Shown: positions 40,055-49,571 of the stretch, piece by piece
Layout of the letters: each line of letters starts with the position of its first letter
Numbering within the stretch: the first letter of the stretch is position 1
Source: an uncultured Prolixibacteraceae bacterium
GTDB lineage: Bacteria; Bacteroidota; Bacteroidia; Bacteroidales; Prolixibacteraceae
Direction: 5' to 3'
DNA length: 52,119 nt
Assembly: GCA_964395045.1 (NCBI GenBank)
Contig: CAYNBE010000001.1
Coordinates: 1-52,119 of the forward strand
Made by a program: the position numbers and the translations under genes
The notes under the pieces: model-generated
Told to the model about the DNA's origin: nothing
The model's database searches: none
Seen by the model: the letters and a program-made list of their open reading frames with translations, nothing else

Positions 40055-40681
40055 ATGAAACCATTGTACAAACTCGCAGCTGTTTTACTGCCTCTCGGGA
40101 TACTGATCGCTGCCATTCCCGAAGAGAAAACCCAGGTTGGAAAGACAACTCCGGAACAGATTCTTGCGGAAATGAAGGATGGAAGCCATTTGGTTTCAAC
40201 CGATGCTGTCGCCGACTTATTGGTTCAAAAAGATCCTGTCCTTCAGCTGATCGATGTCAGGAGCCTCGAAGAATTTGAAACTTTTCACCTTCCGGGGGCT
40301 GTCCATGTCCCGCTCAGCAATATTCTTGCTGCAGAATATAGCGGATTGTTTGACCAGGATGTGCGGATGAATGTGCTGTATGCAAATGGAACGACTCAGG
40401 CAAGCCAGGCGTGGATGTTACTCCGGCAGCAGGGATATGGCAACCTCCATGTAATGCAGGGAGGGCTTAATTACTGGGCGGAGACCATTATGAATCCGGT
40501 GCAGCCTCCTGTATCTGCTGCCGATGATGAACTGGCCAGGTATGATTTCAGAAAAGCTGCCGGCGGGGCATTGGGAGGAGGTTCCCTTGTGCCGGTATCG
40601 GCTGCACCTGCAACTTCCGCCCCTTCAGCGCCTAAAGCTTCCACAGCACCTAAAAAGAAAAAAGCAGCTGGTGGTTGTTGA
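40055..40681 (+). CDS. Membrane-anchored or exported rhodanese-like protein with C-terminal GGC
   Basis: N-terminal hydrophobic segment, LIDVRS..EF..FHLPGA, MQGGLNYW; loop VLYANGTTQA has no Cys; A/P/S/K-rich tail ending KKKKAAGGC. Confidence 0.87.
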   Translation: MKPLYKLAAVLLPLGILIAAIPEEKTQVGKTTPEQILAEMKDGSHLVSTDAVADLLVQKDPVLQLIDVRSLEEFETFHLPGAVHVPLSNILAAEYSGLFDQDVRMNVLYANGTTQASQAWMLLRQQGYGNLHVMQGGLNYWAETIMNPVQPPVSAADDELARYDFRKAAGGALGGGSLVPVSAAPATSAPSAPKASTAPKKKKAAGGC

Positions 40682-40783
40682 TCCTGGATGGAAAAGTTAT
40701 TTGATAACAGGTTCGTTTATGTGGAAATTTTCTAATTTTACCGGGGTCAATTTTAGCAATCATTTTTAAAAATAGTCAAAGGT

Positions 40784-42124
40784 ATGAGGCGCATTTTTAT
40801 TTGCATCTACTTCTTTTTGTCGGTTTCCATTGCTTTGGCTGGAAATGGAAAAGGTTGGGAAAATCTGTTTAACGGAAAGGACCTTACCGGTTGGAAACAA
40901 TTGAACGGCCAGGCTAAATACCATGTGGAAAACGGCGAGATCGTGGGGACCACTGTTTATGGAACTCCGAATTCATTTCTTGTAACTGAAAAGAATTATG
41001 GTGATTTTATACTGGAACTGGACCTGATGCTCGAATCGGATATGAATTCCGGCATTCAGTTCAGGAGTGAAAGCAAACCTGAATTTAACAACGGACGGGT
41101 GCACGGTTACCAGTGCGAAGTCGATCCCTCGACCAGGGCATGGTCAGGAGGTATCTATGATGAAGCGAGGCGGGGGTGGCTTTATCCGCTCGATTTAAAT
41201 CCCGTTGGCAAACTTGCATTTAATAAAACAGGATGGAACCATTACAGGATTGAATGTATTGGCCCGTCTATCAGAACTTGGGTAAACAACATCCCGACAG
41301 CATGGGTGATTGATGACATGACCCCGGTGGGATTCATTGCTTTGCAGGTCCATTCCATTGGCTCAAAGGAGAAGGAAGGAAACAGAATCAGGTGGAAGAA
41401 TATCCGGATTAAAACATCGGATTTAGTTGCCTCCCCGTTTGAGGATCTGTATGTGGTGAACCTCCTCCCAAACCAACTGAGCGATGCTGAAAAGAAACAG
41501 GGGTTTCAGTTGTTGTTCGACGGTAAAACAACCACGGGTTGGAAAAGTGCCACAGAAGAAAAATTTCCGGAACATGGTTGGGTGGTCAAAGACGGAAGCC
41601 TGACGGTTCTTTCATCGGAAAAGGAACCCCACAGGGGAGGGGATATTGTAACAGTCAGGAAATTCAGGGCATTTGAACTCCGTTTTGATTTTAACCTGTC
41701 GCCCGGGGCGAACAGCGGTGTAAAGTATTGTACGGGGAACAACGGTCCATCGATCGGACTTGAATACCAGATACTGGATGATGAAAGTCATCCCGATGCC
41801 AAACAAGGTGCTGCCGGAAACCGGATGCTGGCATCACTATATGACCTGATCCCGGCTGAGAAGGATTCCCGTTTCGTCAGAAAGCCGGGAGAATGGAACC
41901 GGGGGGCAATTGTCCTGTATCCGGACAACCGGGTGGAACACTGGCTGAACGGTCGGAAGGTTTTGGAATATATTCGTGGCAATAACATTTACAAGGCGCT
42001 GGTCGCCCGGAGCAAGTTTGCGGAATTCAGCAATTTCGGGATGGCAGAAGAAGCTCCTGTTCTGTTGCAGGACCACGGAAATGAAGTAAGGTTCCAAAAC
42101 ATCAAGATCAGGGAACTGAAATAA
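40784..42124 (+). CDS. Tandem DUF1080 (3-keto-glycoside-processing family) protein
   Basis: Signal peptide; two domains LFNGKDLTGW...NSGIQFR..GYQ...IALQVH and LFDGKTTTGW...NSGVKY..EYQILD...LQDHG..VRFQNIKIREL. Confidence 0.9.
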   Translation: MRRIFICIYFFLSVSIALAGNGKGWENLFNGKDLTGWKQLNGQAKYHVENGEIVGTTVYGTPNSFLVTEKNYGDFILELDLMLESDMNSGIQFRSESKPEFNNGRVHGYQCEVDPSTRAWSGGIYDEARRGWLYPLDLNPVGKLAFNKTGWNHYRIECIGPSIRTWVNNIPTAWVIDDMTPVGFIALQVHSIGSKEKEGNRIRWKNIRIKTSDLVASPFEDLYVVNLLPNQLSDAEKKQGFQLLFDGKTTTGWKSATEEKFPEHGWVVKDGSLTVLSSEKEPHRGGDIVTVRKFRAFELRFDFNLSPGANSGVKYCTGNNGPSIGLEYQILDDESHPDAKQGAAGNRMLASLYDLIPAEKDSRFVRKPGEWNRGAIVLYPDNRVEHWLNGRKVLEYIRGNNIYKALVARSKFAEFSNFGMAEEAPVLLQDHGNEVRFQNIKIRELK

Positions 42125-42197
42125 TTCGGGATGCCAGAATCCCGGGAAACTCTTCTTGTAAACACAGTCGCAATCTATTTGAATCATTAAAGAGCCC

Positions 42198-43112
42198 ATG
42201 TATCATTTTGCCCTGACAGGGGCAGCAGGATTCGTCGCACCGAGACACATGAAAGCCATCAGGGAGACAGGCCATGAATTGACGTGTGCCCTTGATCCCT
42301 ATGACGGAATAGGGATACTTGACAATTATTTCCCTCATGCCCTGTTTTTTACCCAACCGGAACTTTTTGAGTCGTATATTGAAAGCAAAAAAAGATCTGT
42401 GGAGGAAAAAATTGACTTTATAAGCATTTGTTCCCCCAATGATCTTCACGAAGCTCATATCCGAATGGCATTGCGTCACGGGGCCAACGTGATCTGCGAA
42501 AAACCTCTGGTGCTGAATCCGGAGGCCCTTGATGGGTTACAGAAAATGGAAAATGAAGCAGGTAAAAGGGTGTATGCAGTTCTTCAGCTCCGGCATCATC
42601 CATCGGTGGTGAAGCTGAAAACACGGGTGGACGAAGGTGGTGCAGAAAAGGTGTACGAAGTGGACCTCACCTATATTACAAGCCGGGGAAACTGGTATTT
42701 TTCCTCATGGAAAGGCAATGTCGTGAAAAGCGGTGGCATTGTCACCAATCTCGGGATTCATTTTATTGACATGCTGGGGTGGATTTTTGGTGAGTTCAAA
42801 GGATTTGAACTCAGTATCAGTCAGGAAAACAAAGCAGCCGGAAAGCTTTGGCTCACGCGGGCAAATGTAAACTGGTACCTTAGTGTTGATGAAAACGACC
42901 TGCCGGCTGAGGCGGTCCAGGCTGGAAAACGGACATACCGGAAAGTGGTTGTCGACGGTGTAGAAACAGAATTCAGCGAGGGATTTACCGATCTTCATAC
43001 CACCACATACCGGGAGATTCTGGCAGGCAGGGGCTATGGTATTTCAGATGCAGGGAAAAGTATTGAAATTGTCAGCGCCATCCGGAAAGCAGCCTGTCAT
43101 TACTCTTGTTGA
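42198..43112 (+). CDS. Gfo/Idh/MocA oxidoreductase resembling WbpB/WlbA (UDP-GlcNAcA C3 dehydrogenase)
   Basis: GAAGFVAPRHMKAI, ICSPNDLH, ICEKPLV, YITSRGNWY..SWKG, TNLGIHFID, FTDLHT. Confidence 0.85.
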   Translation: MYHFALTGAAGFVAPRHMKAIRETGHELTCALDPYDGIGILDNYFPHALFFTQPELFESYIESKKRSVEEKIDFISICSPNDLHEAHIRMALRHGANVICEKPLVLNPEALDGLQKMENEAGKRVYAVLQLRHHPSVVKLKTRVDEGGAEKVYEVDLTYITSRGNWYFSSWKGNVVKSGGIVTNLGIHFIDMLGWIFGEFKGFELSISQENKAAGKLWLTRANVNWYLSVDENDLPAEAVQAGKRTYRKVVVDGVETEFSEGFTDLHTTTYREILAGRGYGISDAGKSIEIVSAIRKAACHYSC

Positions 43113-43116
43113 TATG

Positions 43117-45102
43117 TTATTTTAATTTCTGTGGCAGCCAGACGGCCATGGAGCTTTCGCCCCGGTGAGCCCAAGCATAATAGGGAATGGCTTTCAGTTT
43201 CACATCTTTAATTTCAGGATTTTCTCCCATAGATACCTGCTGCCCCTTAAAGATCAAAACACCAACACCATTGAGTAAATCTGGTTCAAACGCATATCCG
43301 ATTCTTTTTTTATCACTTACCGATGCATTTAGTGCATTGTCGTTATTGTCAATCCCTTCGAGACAATATACGATGGGGCCTCTCTGGTAGGCTTCTCGCC
43401 CCCGGTTGGCTTCCACTTTTTCGTTTGACACAATCCGTTTCACTTCCATCGGGATTTCGAGCATGATTTCATCACCGGTTTTCCATGTCCGGTCAATGAT
43501 TGCATATCCGTCTTTAATTGTATATGTGCTCTTTTTATTGTTTACTTTGATTTCAAGCGGTTTGGATGAGTGGCTATCGGCAAAAGAGTACAGATTGGAA
43601 GGAACTACCTGGTTCCCTGCCCATCCCGGAATGCGGAGCATGATTTTCAGATTTTTTTCATCCGGGGAATTTATTCTGAGTTTTATCTTTCCATCCCACG
43701 GATATCCGGTTTCCTGGCTGATACCGATATCCTGACCATTCATCCTGACCGAAGCAGTGCTTCCGATATACAGGTTCACATATAGGCTGTTCCCTTTTAC
43801 GGCATAGATATACCCCGGGATGGAAGGCAGAAAGCGGACGACATTGGACGGGCAGCAAGAGCAGTCGAACCATGGTTTGCGCTGGCATTCCCCTTTGCAT
43901 TCAAGTGGGTTCGGATAGAAAAATTTGTCTCCTTCGAGCGATACGCCTGAAAGAAATCCATTATACAGGATCCTTTCCAGGACATCAATATATTTCGATT
44001 CACCGAAAAGCAGAAACATCCTGTGATTCCACATTGCATTGGCAATAGCGGCGCATGTTTCGTTATACGCTGTGGCATTGGGGAGCTCATAATCGTCCCC
44101 GAACGCTTCTCCTTCGTGTCTGGCCCCGATTCCTCCTGTCAGATAGATTTTGGCCTCCACCACATTCGACCAAATCTGGCTGATGGCCCTGATGTAGGAA
44201 GGTTCTCCGGTCAAGGCTGCCACATCGGCCATTCCGCAATACAGGTATCCTGCCCTCACAGCATGTCCGACTGCATGGAATTGCTTTGTAACCGGTATAT
44301 GGTCCTGGCAATATTCACCGAAAAGTTTATGCCCTTTTTTATTTCCCCGCTCATCAAGAAAGAACCTGGCCATATCAAGGTATTTCTTATCGCCGGTAAC
44401 ACGGAACAAACGAACCAGTCCGATTTCAATTTCTTCATGCCCCGGAACCATTCTCACCCTTCCGGGACCAAAAATAGCACAGATCAGGTTGGCATTTTTG
44501 ATGGCTACTTCCAGGAAAGTTTTTTTTCTGGTAGCCAGATAATGGGCTACAGCTGCCTCGTACATATGCCCGGCATTGTATAGCTCATGGCTTTGTGCAA
44601 TGAAGCTCCACCGCTGGTCCCCGCTGTTTTTTGCCGGATTCTGCGGATCGATGGTGCGGCTGGTATACAGGTAACCGTCTTCTTCCTGTGCTCCGGCGAT
44701 CAATCCGATCACACTGTCGAGGTATGCATCCAGAAGGGGATCGTAGTGTTGCTGAAGGGAATAACTAGCGCCTTCGATGATTTTGAACACATCTGAATCG
44801 TCGTACCGGTTTCCTTTGAATTTTCCTTCCTTCACACCGGCAGCGACAGCGAAATTGTTTAGCCGGCCGGGTTCTTCACAGTTTCTGAAATCATAGGGGA
44901 TGGTCACTCTCCGGTTTGTTTCGATTCGCGGCCCCCAGAAATGATCTTCAATTTTTACCTGTGTAAATGAGACCGGCTGAAAAGGGTAGGGCTCATCACC
45001 AAGCACCTGTGGTTTTCCATGAGTTTGTGCCAGAAAAAAGGATAACAAAATCAGGATTCTGGTTATTCGGTTTTTCATTCGACTTATTATTTTTTGGCTC
45101 AT
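43117..45102 (-). CDS. GH127-family glycoside hydrolase (beta-L-arabinofuranosidase-like)
   Basis: Signal peptide; DSDVFK, HELYNAGH, GHEE, GHAVRA.Y, YNETCA, CSCCPSN, IPYYAW. Confidence 0.92.
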   Translation of the reverse strand: MSQKIISRMKNRITRILILLSFFLAQTHGKPQVLGDEPYPFQPVSFTQVKIEDHFWGPRIETNRRVTIPYDFRNCEEPGRLNNFAVAAGVKEGKFKGNRYDDSDVFKIIEGASYSLQQHYDPLLDAYLDSVIGLIAGAQEEDGYLYTSRTIDPQNPAKNSGDQRWSFIAQSHELYNAGHMYEAAVAHYLATRKKTFLEVAIKNANLICAIFGPGRVRMVPGHEEIEIGLVRLFRVTGDKKYLDMARFFLDERGNKKGHKLFGEYCQDHIPVTKQFHAVGHAVRAGYLYCGMADVAALTGEPSYIRAISQIWSNVVEAKIYLTGGIGARHEGEAFGDDYELPNATAYNETCAAIANAMWNHRMFLLFGESKYIDVLERILYNGFLSGVSLEGDKFFYPNPLECKGECQRKPWFDCSCCPSNVVRFLPSIPGYIYAVKGNSLYVNLYIGSTASVRMNGQDIGISQETGYPWDGKIKLRINSPDEKNLKIMLRIPGWAGNQVVPSNLYSFADSHSSKPLEIKVNNKKSTYTIKDGYAIIDRTWKTGDEIMLEIPMEVKRIVSNEKVEANRGREAYQRGPIVYCLEGIDNNDNALNASVSDKKRIGYAFEPDLLNGVGVLIFKGQQVSMGENPEIKDVKLKAIPYYAWAHRGESSMAVWLPQKLK

Positions 45103-45443
45103 AAATATAATTCAAAAACGGTTTTTGTTGCTGCAGGATTTAAAATGCTGACAGTTATTTCGCTTTGTCGTTCTCCCGCTATTTAATCCACTAATTCTCC
45201 CTGTCCCTTTATCGCACTCTCGCTCTTTCGCCCTATTGTAATTTCGATCTCCCGTTCCCTCGTCCTTTATTTTATTTCACGCAGAGTCACAAAAAATTTA
45301 ACACAATTTGATAATTTGAAATTGATTGGAACGCGGAAGTCGCGGATTGTACTGATCAAAACCGAATATACTATTTTTCACTCTCCCAGTCTCTAAGTCT
45401 CCAAGTCCTTTTGCCAGGCTGACAGGTTCCCTTGTCCTTATTC

Positions 45444-46331
45444 CTAACTCCTGACTCCTTCATTTTTCCTAAACTTCATTCTGTATTCATGAGGCGTCAT
45501 TTTTTTAGTTTTTTTAAATGTGCGGTTGAAGTAAGGAATGTTCATATACCCACATTCATATGCTATTTCTGAGATTGTCGAGTCAGATCTGATCAGTTTT
45601 TTACAGGCAAAACCAATGCGTATTTCATTGATTGCATGGGAGAATGTAATTGATGTTGATTTTTTAAAAAAGCGACAGAATGCACTCGGGTTCATATTGG
45701 CATGACCGGCTGCTTCTTCCAGTCTTAAATTCCGGTGATAGTTGGAAATCATAAAGTTAAAGAGAATGCTGATTTTTTCCTGATTCCCTGATTTTAATGC
45801 TTCGGTAAAACCCCGGCTCGACAACAATTCAAATTCTGTTACTTCACTCATCATGCAAAGCAATTCAACCATCAGCAACAACCTTTTCCAACCTTCTTCC
45901 TGCGATATCCGGATGATTTGCTGACCTAGCTTTTCAGCGTCATTCCCTTTAAAACGGATTCCATGCGCAGCTCTCGCAAACAGCCTCTTAAGGTTCCGCA
46001 TTTCAGGCAGTGCCGTGAATTTTTCCCCCAGGAAATCATCAACAAACTGAATCAGGATTACTTTTGCCATCACATTCTCATTACCTTCAAAGAACCGGTC
46101 GTCGCTGTGCCAGTAATGCGGGATATGCGGCCCCACCAGAACCAGGTCGCCATTGCTGAATCGATGGATGCTGTCGCCGACAAAGCGGGTGCCGCTGTTT
46201 TCAATGTTGTAAAGTATCTCGTATTCCCTGTGAAAGTGAAATTGGTTGTAAGTGTGCGGAATTTCTGCATATCGTATTAGAAAGGAATATTCATGGGGCT
46301 GATCATATTTCCGGTAATAAACTGGTTTCAT
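45444..46331 (-). CDS. AraC-family transcriptional regulator with N-terminal cupin
   Basis: FHFHREYEI, GTRFVGD, C-terminal FCRFFKK...IAYECGY.NIPYFNRTFKK...TP.EYR; likely start MKPV at 46331. Confidence 0.94.
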   Translation of the reverse strand: MKPVYYRKYDQPHEYSFLIRYAEIPHTYNQFHFHREYEILYNIENSGTRFVGDSIHRFSNGDLVLVGPHIPHYWHSDDRFFEGNENVMAKVILIQFVDDFLGEKFTALPEMRNLKRLFARAAHGIRFKGNDAEKLGQQIIRISQEEGWKRLLLMVELLCMMSEVTEFELLSSRGFTEALKSGNQEKISILFNFMISNYHRNLRLEEAAGHANMNPSAFCRFFKKSTSITFSHAINEIRIGFACKKLIRSDSTISEIAYECGYMNIPYFNRTFKKTKKMTPHEYRMKFRKNEGVRS

Positions 46332-46430
46332 TGCAAAATATTTACAAAAAATGTGTTCAATGATGAATAAAAGCAAATATAGTGTAATGATTGGCAAAAT
46401 ATATTCTATTCTGTGCACAACGTTCAATTA

Positions 46431-46438
46431 TATCTTTG
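46431..46438 (+). promoter_or_regulatory. Bacteroidota -7 promoter box for the uronate operon
   Basis: TATCTTTG upstream of the symporter. Confidence 0.55.
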
Positions 46439-46502
46439 CAAATAGCTATGATTTGGTAAACGACTTGAGTTGAAATGAATGAATCTATGACTCTATGACT
46501 CT

Positions 46503-48149
46503 ATGACTCCCCTTGTACCGTTAGACTATATTGCAATTCTAATTTATATGCTGCTGATGGCCGGAATTGGCCTGTTCTTTAAATGGTATGTAAAAGATAT
46601 AAACGCATATATCAAAGGTTCCGGTACAATCCCCTGGGTTGCAGCAGGAATCAGCAATTTCATGGCTTTGTTCAGTACATTTGTATTCGTTGCCTATGCC
46701 GGGATTGCTTACGAACATGGATTGGTTGCTGTTACTGTTTTTATGAGTACCGTACCTGCCTGTGTCATTGCCGCACTCTTTTTTGCAAAGCGGTGGCGGC
46801 GTGCAGGGGTGTCAACCCCTGTTGAATATCTCGAAACCCGGTTTAATCCCGGCGTCAGGCAAATGATTGGCTGGGTCGGCATCATCATTCGGATTCTTGA
46901 CAACATGGTTCGCTTATATGCTATTGGCATCTTCCTTACGGCAGTTACCCCACTTTCCCTTTCATCCAGCCTCATCGTATCGTCAATCATTGTTATTTTC
47001 TTTACTTTGTACGGAGGCGTCTGGGCTGTATCCATCATGGGTACTCTGCAATTTGTTATACTGATTTTCACTTCCCTGATATTGTTTTTTGTATCCCTCA
47101 ACTGCGTCGGTGGCATGGAGGCATTGGTTGAAAAAGTTCCCGACCATTTTAACCTGTTCAACGGACCGAAAGGACAATTCTTCTGGCTGGCGGTTTATTA
47201 CATCATGATTGTCATCAAATACAACGAAAACTGGATTTTTATTCAGCGGTTTTACGTTGTGAAGGATGAGAAGTCAGCGCAGAAAGTTGGCTATCTGACA
47301 GCAATCCTTTTTTTAATATTTCCTGTTGTATTTATGCTTCCTCCCATTGTAAGCCAGGTGCTTATGCCCGGTTTGGCGGATAACGAAATGGCTTATGTCG
47401 CTTTATCAAGTAAACTTTTACCCCCGGGAATCATGGGAGTGATGATTGCTTCCATGTTTGCAGCAACCATGTCGTCGTTGAATTCGGAATACAATGTGAT
47501 TGCCTCAGTAGTGTCGAAAGATGTATACCAAAGACTCATGAACAAAAGGGCTACCGACAGGCAAATGCTGGTTGTTGCCAAGCTGTCGACCATCATCATC
47601 GGTTTGTTGGTTTTGCTGGGTGGACTGTTCATCAGGGATTTCGGGGGAGCATTTGAAGCCAATAAATTGTTTACAGGAATCTTTGCCATTCCGGTTGGAG
47701 TCCCTCTTGTATTGGGGATTATCAGCCGGAAACCAACCCCGGGAGGAGCTATGTATACGGTTATTTTCGGAGCAGCCGCCGGTATTGTGCTCAACAGTTT
47801 CCCGTCGGTATTCACCTGGGAAGCAGCAACATTAATTGAAATAGGATTGTGCCTGCTTATCTTTTACGGTTCTGCCCTTATACAAATAAAGGATATGAAA
47901 TATAAAAGACGGGTTGTTGAACTTTTTACTCGATTGAGTAAAAAAAGCACCGATACTCCTGTGATTGATGCAAAATTTCAAAGTGCTCTTTCAATGTTGT
48001 ACGCTGTATCTTTTGGAATATCAGGCGTTTTATTTGTTGCGATGGGATTGCCCGCTATCGGTACCCTGAGTGGGGTATTGTCGGTTGTTTCAGGGTTGGC
48101 GTGTGTTTTAACCGGGATTATTATGTGGCTGTACCCGAAAAAATCGTAA
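46503..48149 (+). CDS. Sodium:solute symporter (SSS family)
   Basis: About 13-14 hydrophobic segments, PVEYLETRF, GGVWAV, IQRF, FAATMSSLNS. Confidence 0.92.
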   Translation: MTPLVPLDYIAILIYMLLMAGIGLFFKWYVKDINAYIKGSGTIPWVAAGISNFMALFSTFVFVAYAGIAYEHGLVAVTVFMSTVPACVIAALFFAKRWRRAGVSTPVEYLETRFNPGVRQMIGWVGIIIRILDNMVRLYAIGIFLTAVTPLSLSSSLIVSSIIVIFFTLYGGVWAVSIMGTLQFVILIFTSLILFFVSLNCVGGMEALVEKVPDHFNLFNGPKGQFFWLAVYYIMIVIKYNENWIFIQRFYVVKDEKSAQKVGYLTAILFLIFPVVFMLPPIVSQVLMPGLADNEMAYVALSSKLLPPGIMGVMIASMFAATMSSLNSEYNVIASVVSKDVYQRLMNKRATDRQMLVVAKLSTIIIGLLVLLGGLFIRDFGGAFEANKLFTGIFAIPVGVPLVLGIISRKPTPGGAMYTVIFGAAAGIVLNSFPSVFTWEAATLIEIGLCLLIFYGSALIQIKDMKYKRRVVELFTRLSKKSTDTPVIDAKFQSALSMLYAVSFGISGVLFVAMGLPAIGTLSGVLSVVSGLACVLTGIIMWLYPKKS

Positions 48150-48161
48150 ACATATCATTTG

Positions 48162-49568
48162 ATGCAAAGACAATTTAACCATAGTAATTTTTATTTGCAG
48201 GGGCCTATGGCTGAAGAGCTATATCATCATTATGCTGAAAACCTGCCTGTACTTGATTTTCACAGCCACCTGAATCCGGTTGATCTGGCAACGAATAAGT
48301 CTTTTTCCAACCTCGCCGAGGCCTGGATCATCAACGATCCTTATAAGCATAGGGCGATGCGGATTTGCGGTGTCAATGAAAGGGGGATCACCGGAGAAGC
48401 TTCTGCTGAAGAAAAGTTCATGAACTGGGCAAATACTCTGCCCAAAACTCTGGGCAATCCTTTATACATGTGGTCTGCCCTCGAGCTCAAACGGATTTTC
48501 GGGATCGACAAATTTCTCTCCGGTAAAAATGCCATGGAAATATGGGAAGCGTGCAACCGGCAACTTCAATTGGAGGGGTTTGGCTCCACTGATATTCTGA
48601 GAAAATTTAACGTTGAAACAGTTTGTACTTCCGACGATTTGCTGGACGATCTGACCAGCCACCAACAGGCGAACGGGAAATACAACATCCGGCTGTTGCC
48701 GTCGCTGCGCAGTGATTCTGTTCTTGCGTTTGACCAGTTGTCATTTAAAAACTGGTTTGACAAATTGCAAAGCAGACAATACCATCGGATCAATAACCTC
48801 GACGATTATAAGGCGGCTATTGTTACTGAAATGAAAAGATTTGCCGGTTCAGGGTGCCGCCTGGCCGACCATTCACTCGACAGCGGTTTTGTTTTTAAAA
48901 AAGATGTATCAGAGGAGAAAGCTACCCGCATCTTTAAAAAATGGTTGGATGAAAATATATTGGACGATGAAGGAATCATCTGTCTGAAAAATCACCTGCT
49001 GTTGTTTTTAGCTGGAGAATACGCCAGGCTAAACTGGATTATGCAGTTGCACATAGGCGCACTTCGCTTCACCAGTTCACGTTTGCGCTTGCTGGCCGGT
49101 CCTGCCGGAGGTTATGCTACCATCGGCGGTACCTGCGATATAACTGGGTTGTGCATTTTTTTCGACGGGCTTGAAAAAAGAGAGTATCTGCCAAAAATCA
49201 TCCTGTACACACTCAATCCGGCTGACAACGAAGCTTTTGCTACTTTGACGGGTTCATTCTCCGAGGACGGGGTTCCGGGAAATATCCAATTTGGCCCGGC
49301 CTGGTGGTACAATGACCATTTCGATGGCATCAGAAAACAACTGACTGCTTTATGCGGTTACGGGACATTGAGCCAATTTATCGGGATGACTACTGACAGC
49401 CGCAGTGTTTTTTCATTTTCACGACATGAATATTTCAGGAGGGTGTTGTGTAATCTGATCGCATCGTGGGTGAACAAAGGAAATCTGCCAGATGACATGG
49501 AACAATTGGGGGAACTGGTACAAAACCTGGCGTATTTCAATAGCAAAAGATGGATATTTGATCGTTAA
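48162..49568 (+). CDS. uxaC: Uronate (glucuronate) isomerase
   Basis: DFHSHL, YKHRAMR..G, GNPLY.W, MQLHIGA, GPAWWYNDH, GMTTDSRS..SFSRHEYFRR. Confidence 0.94.
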   Translation: MQRQFNHSNFYLQGPMAEELYHHYAENLPVLDFHSHLNPVDLATNKSFSNLAEAWIINDPYKHRAMRICGVNERGITGEASAEEKFMNWANTLPKTLGNPLYMWSALELKRIFGIDKFLSGKNAMEIWEACNRQLQLEGFGSTDILRKFNVETVCTSDDLLDDLTSHQQANGKYNIRLLPSLRSDSVLAFDQLSFKNWFDKLQSRQYHRINNLDDYKAAIVTEMKRFAGSGCRLADHSLDSGFVFKKDVSEEKATRIFKKWLDENILDDEGIICLKNHLLLFLAGEYARLNWIMQLHIGALRFTSSRLRLLAGPAGGYATIGGTCDITGLCIFFDGLEKREYLPKIILYTLNPADNEAFATLTGSFSEDGVPGNIQFGPAWWYNDHFDGIRKQLTALCGYGTLSQFIGMTTDSRSVFSFSRHEYFRRVLCNLIASWVNKGNLPDDMEQLGELVQNLAYFNSKRWIFDR

Positions 49569-49571
49569 GAT

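Noticed and set aside
40676-40740. Selenocysteine readthrough of the rhodanese TGT-TGA (GGC-U)
   Set aside because: No convincing SECIS-like hairpin directly after the TGA, the extension (SWMEKLFDNRFVYVEIF) looks random, and no sel genes are in the window
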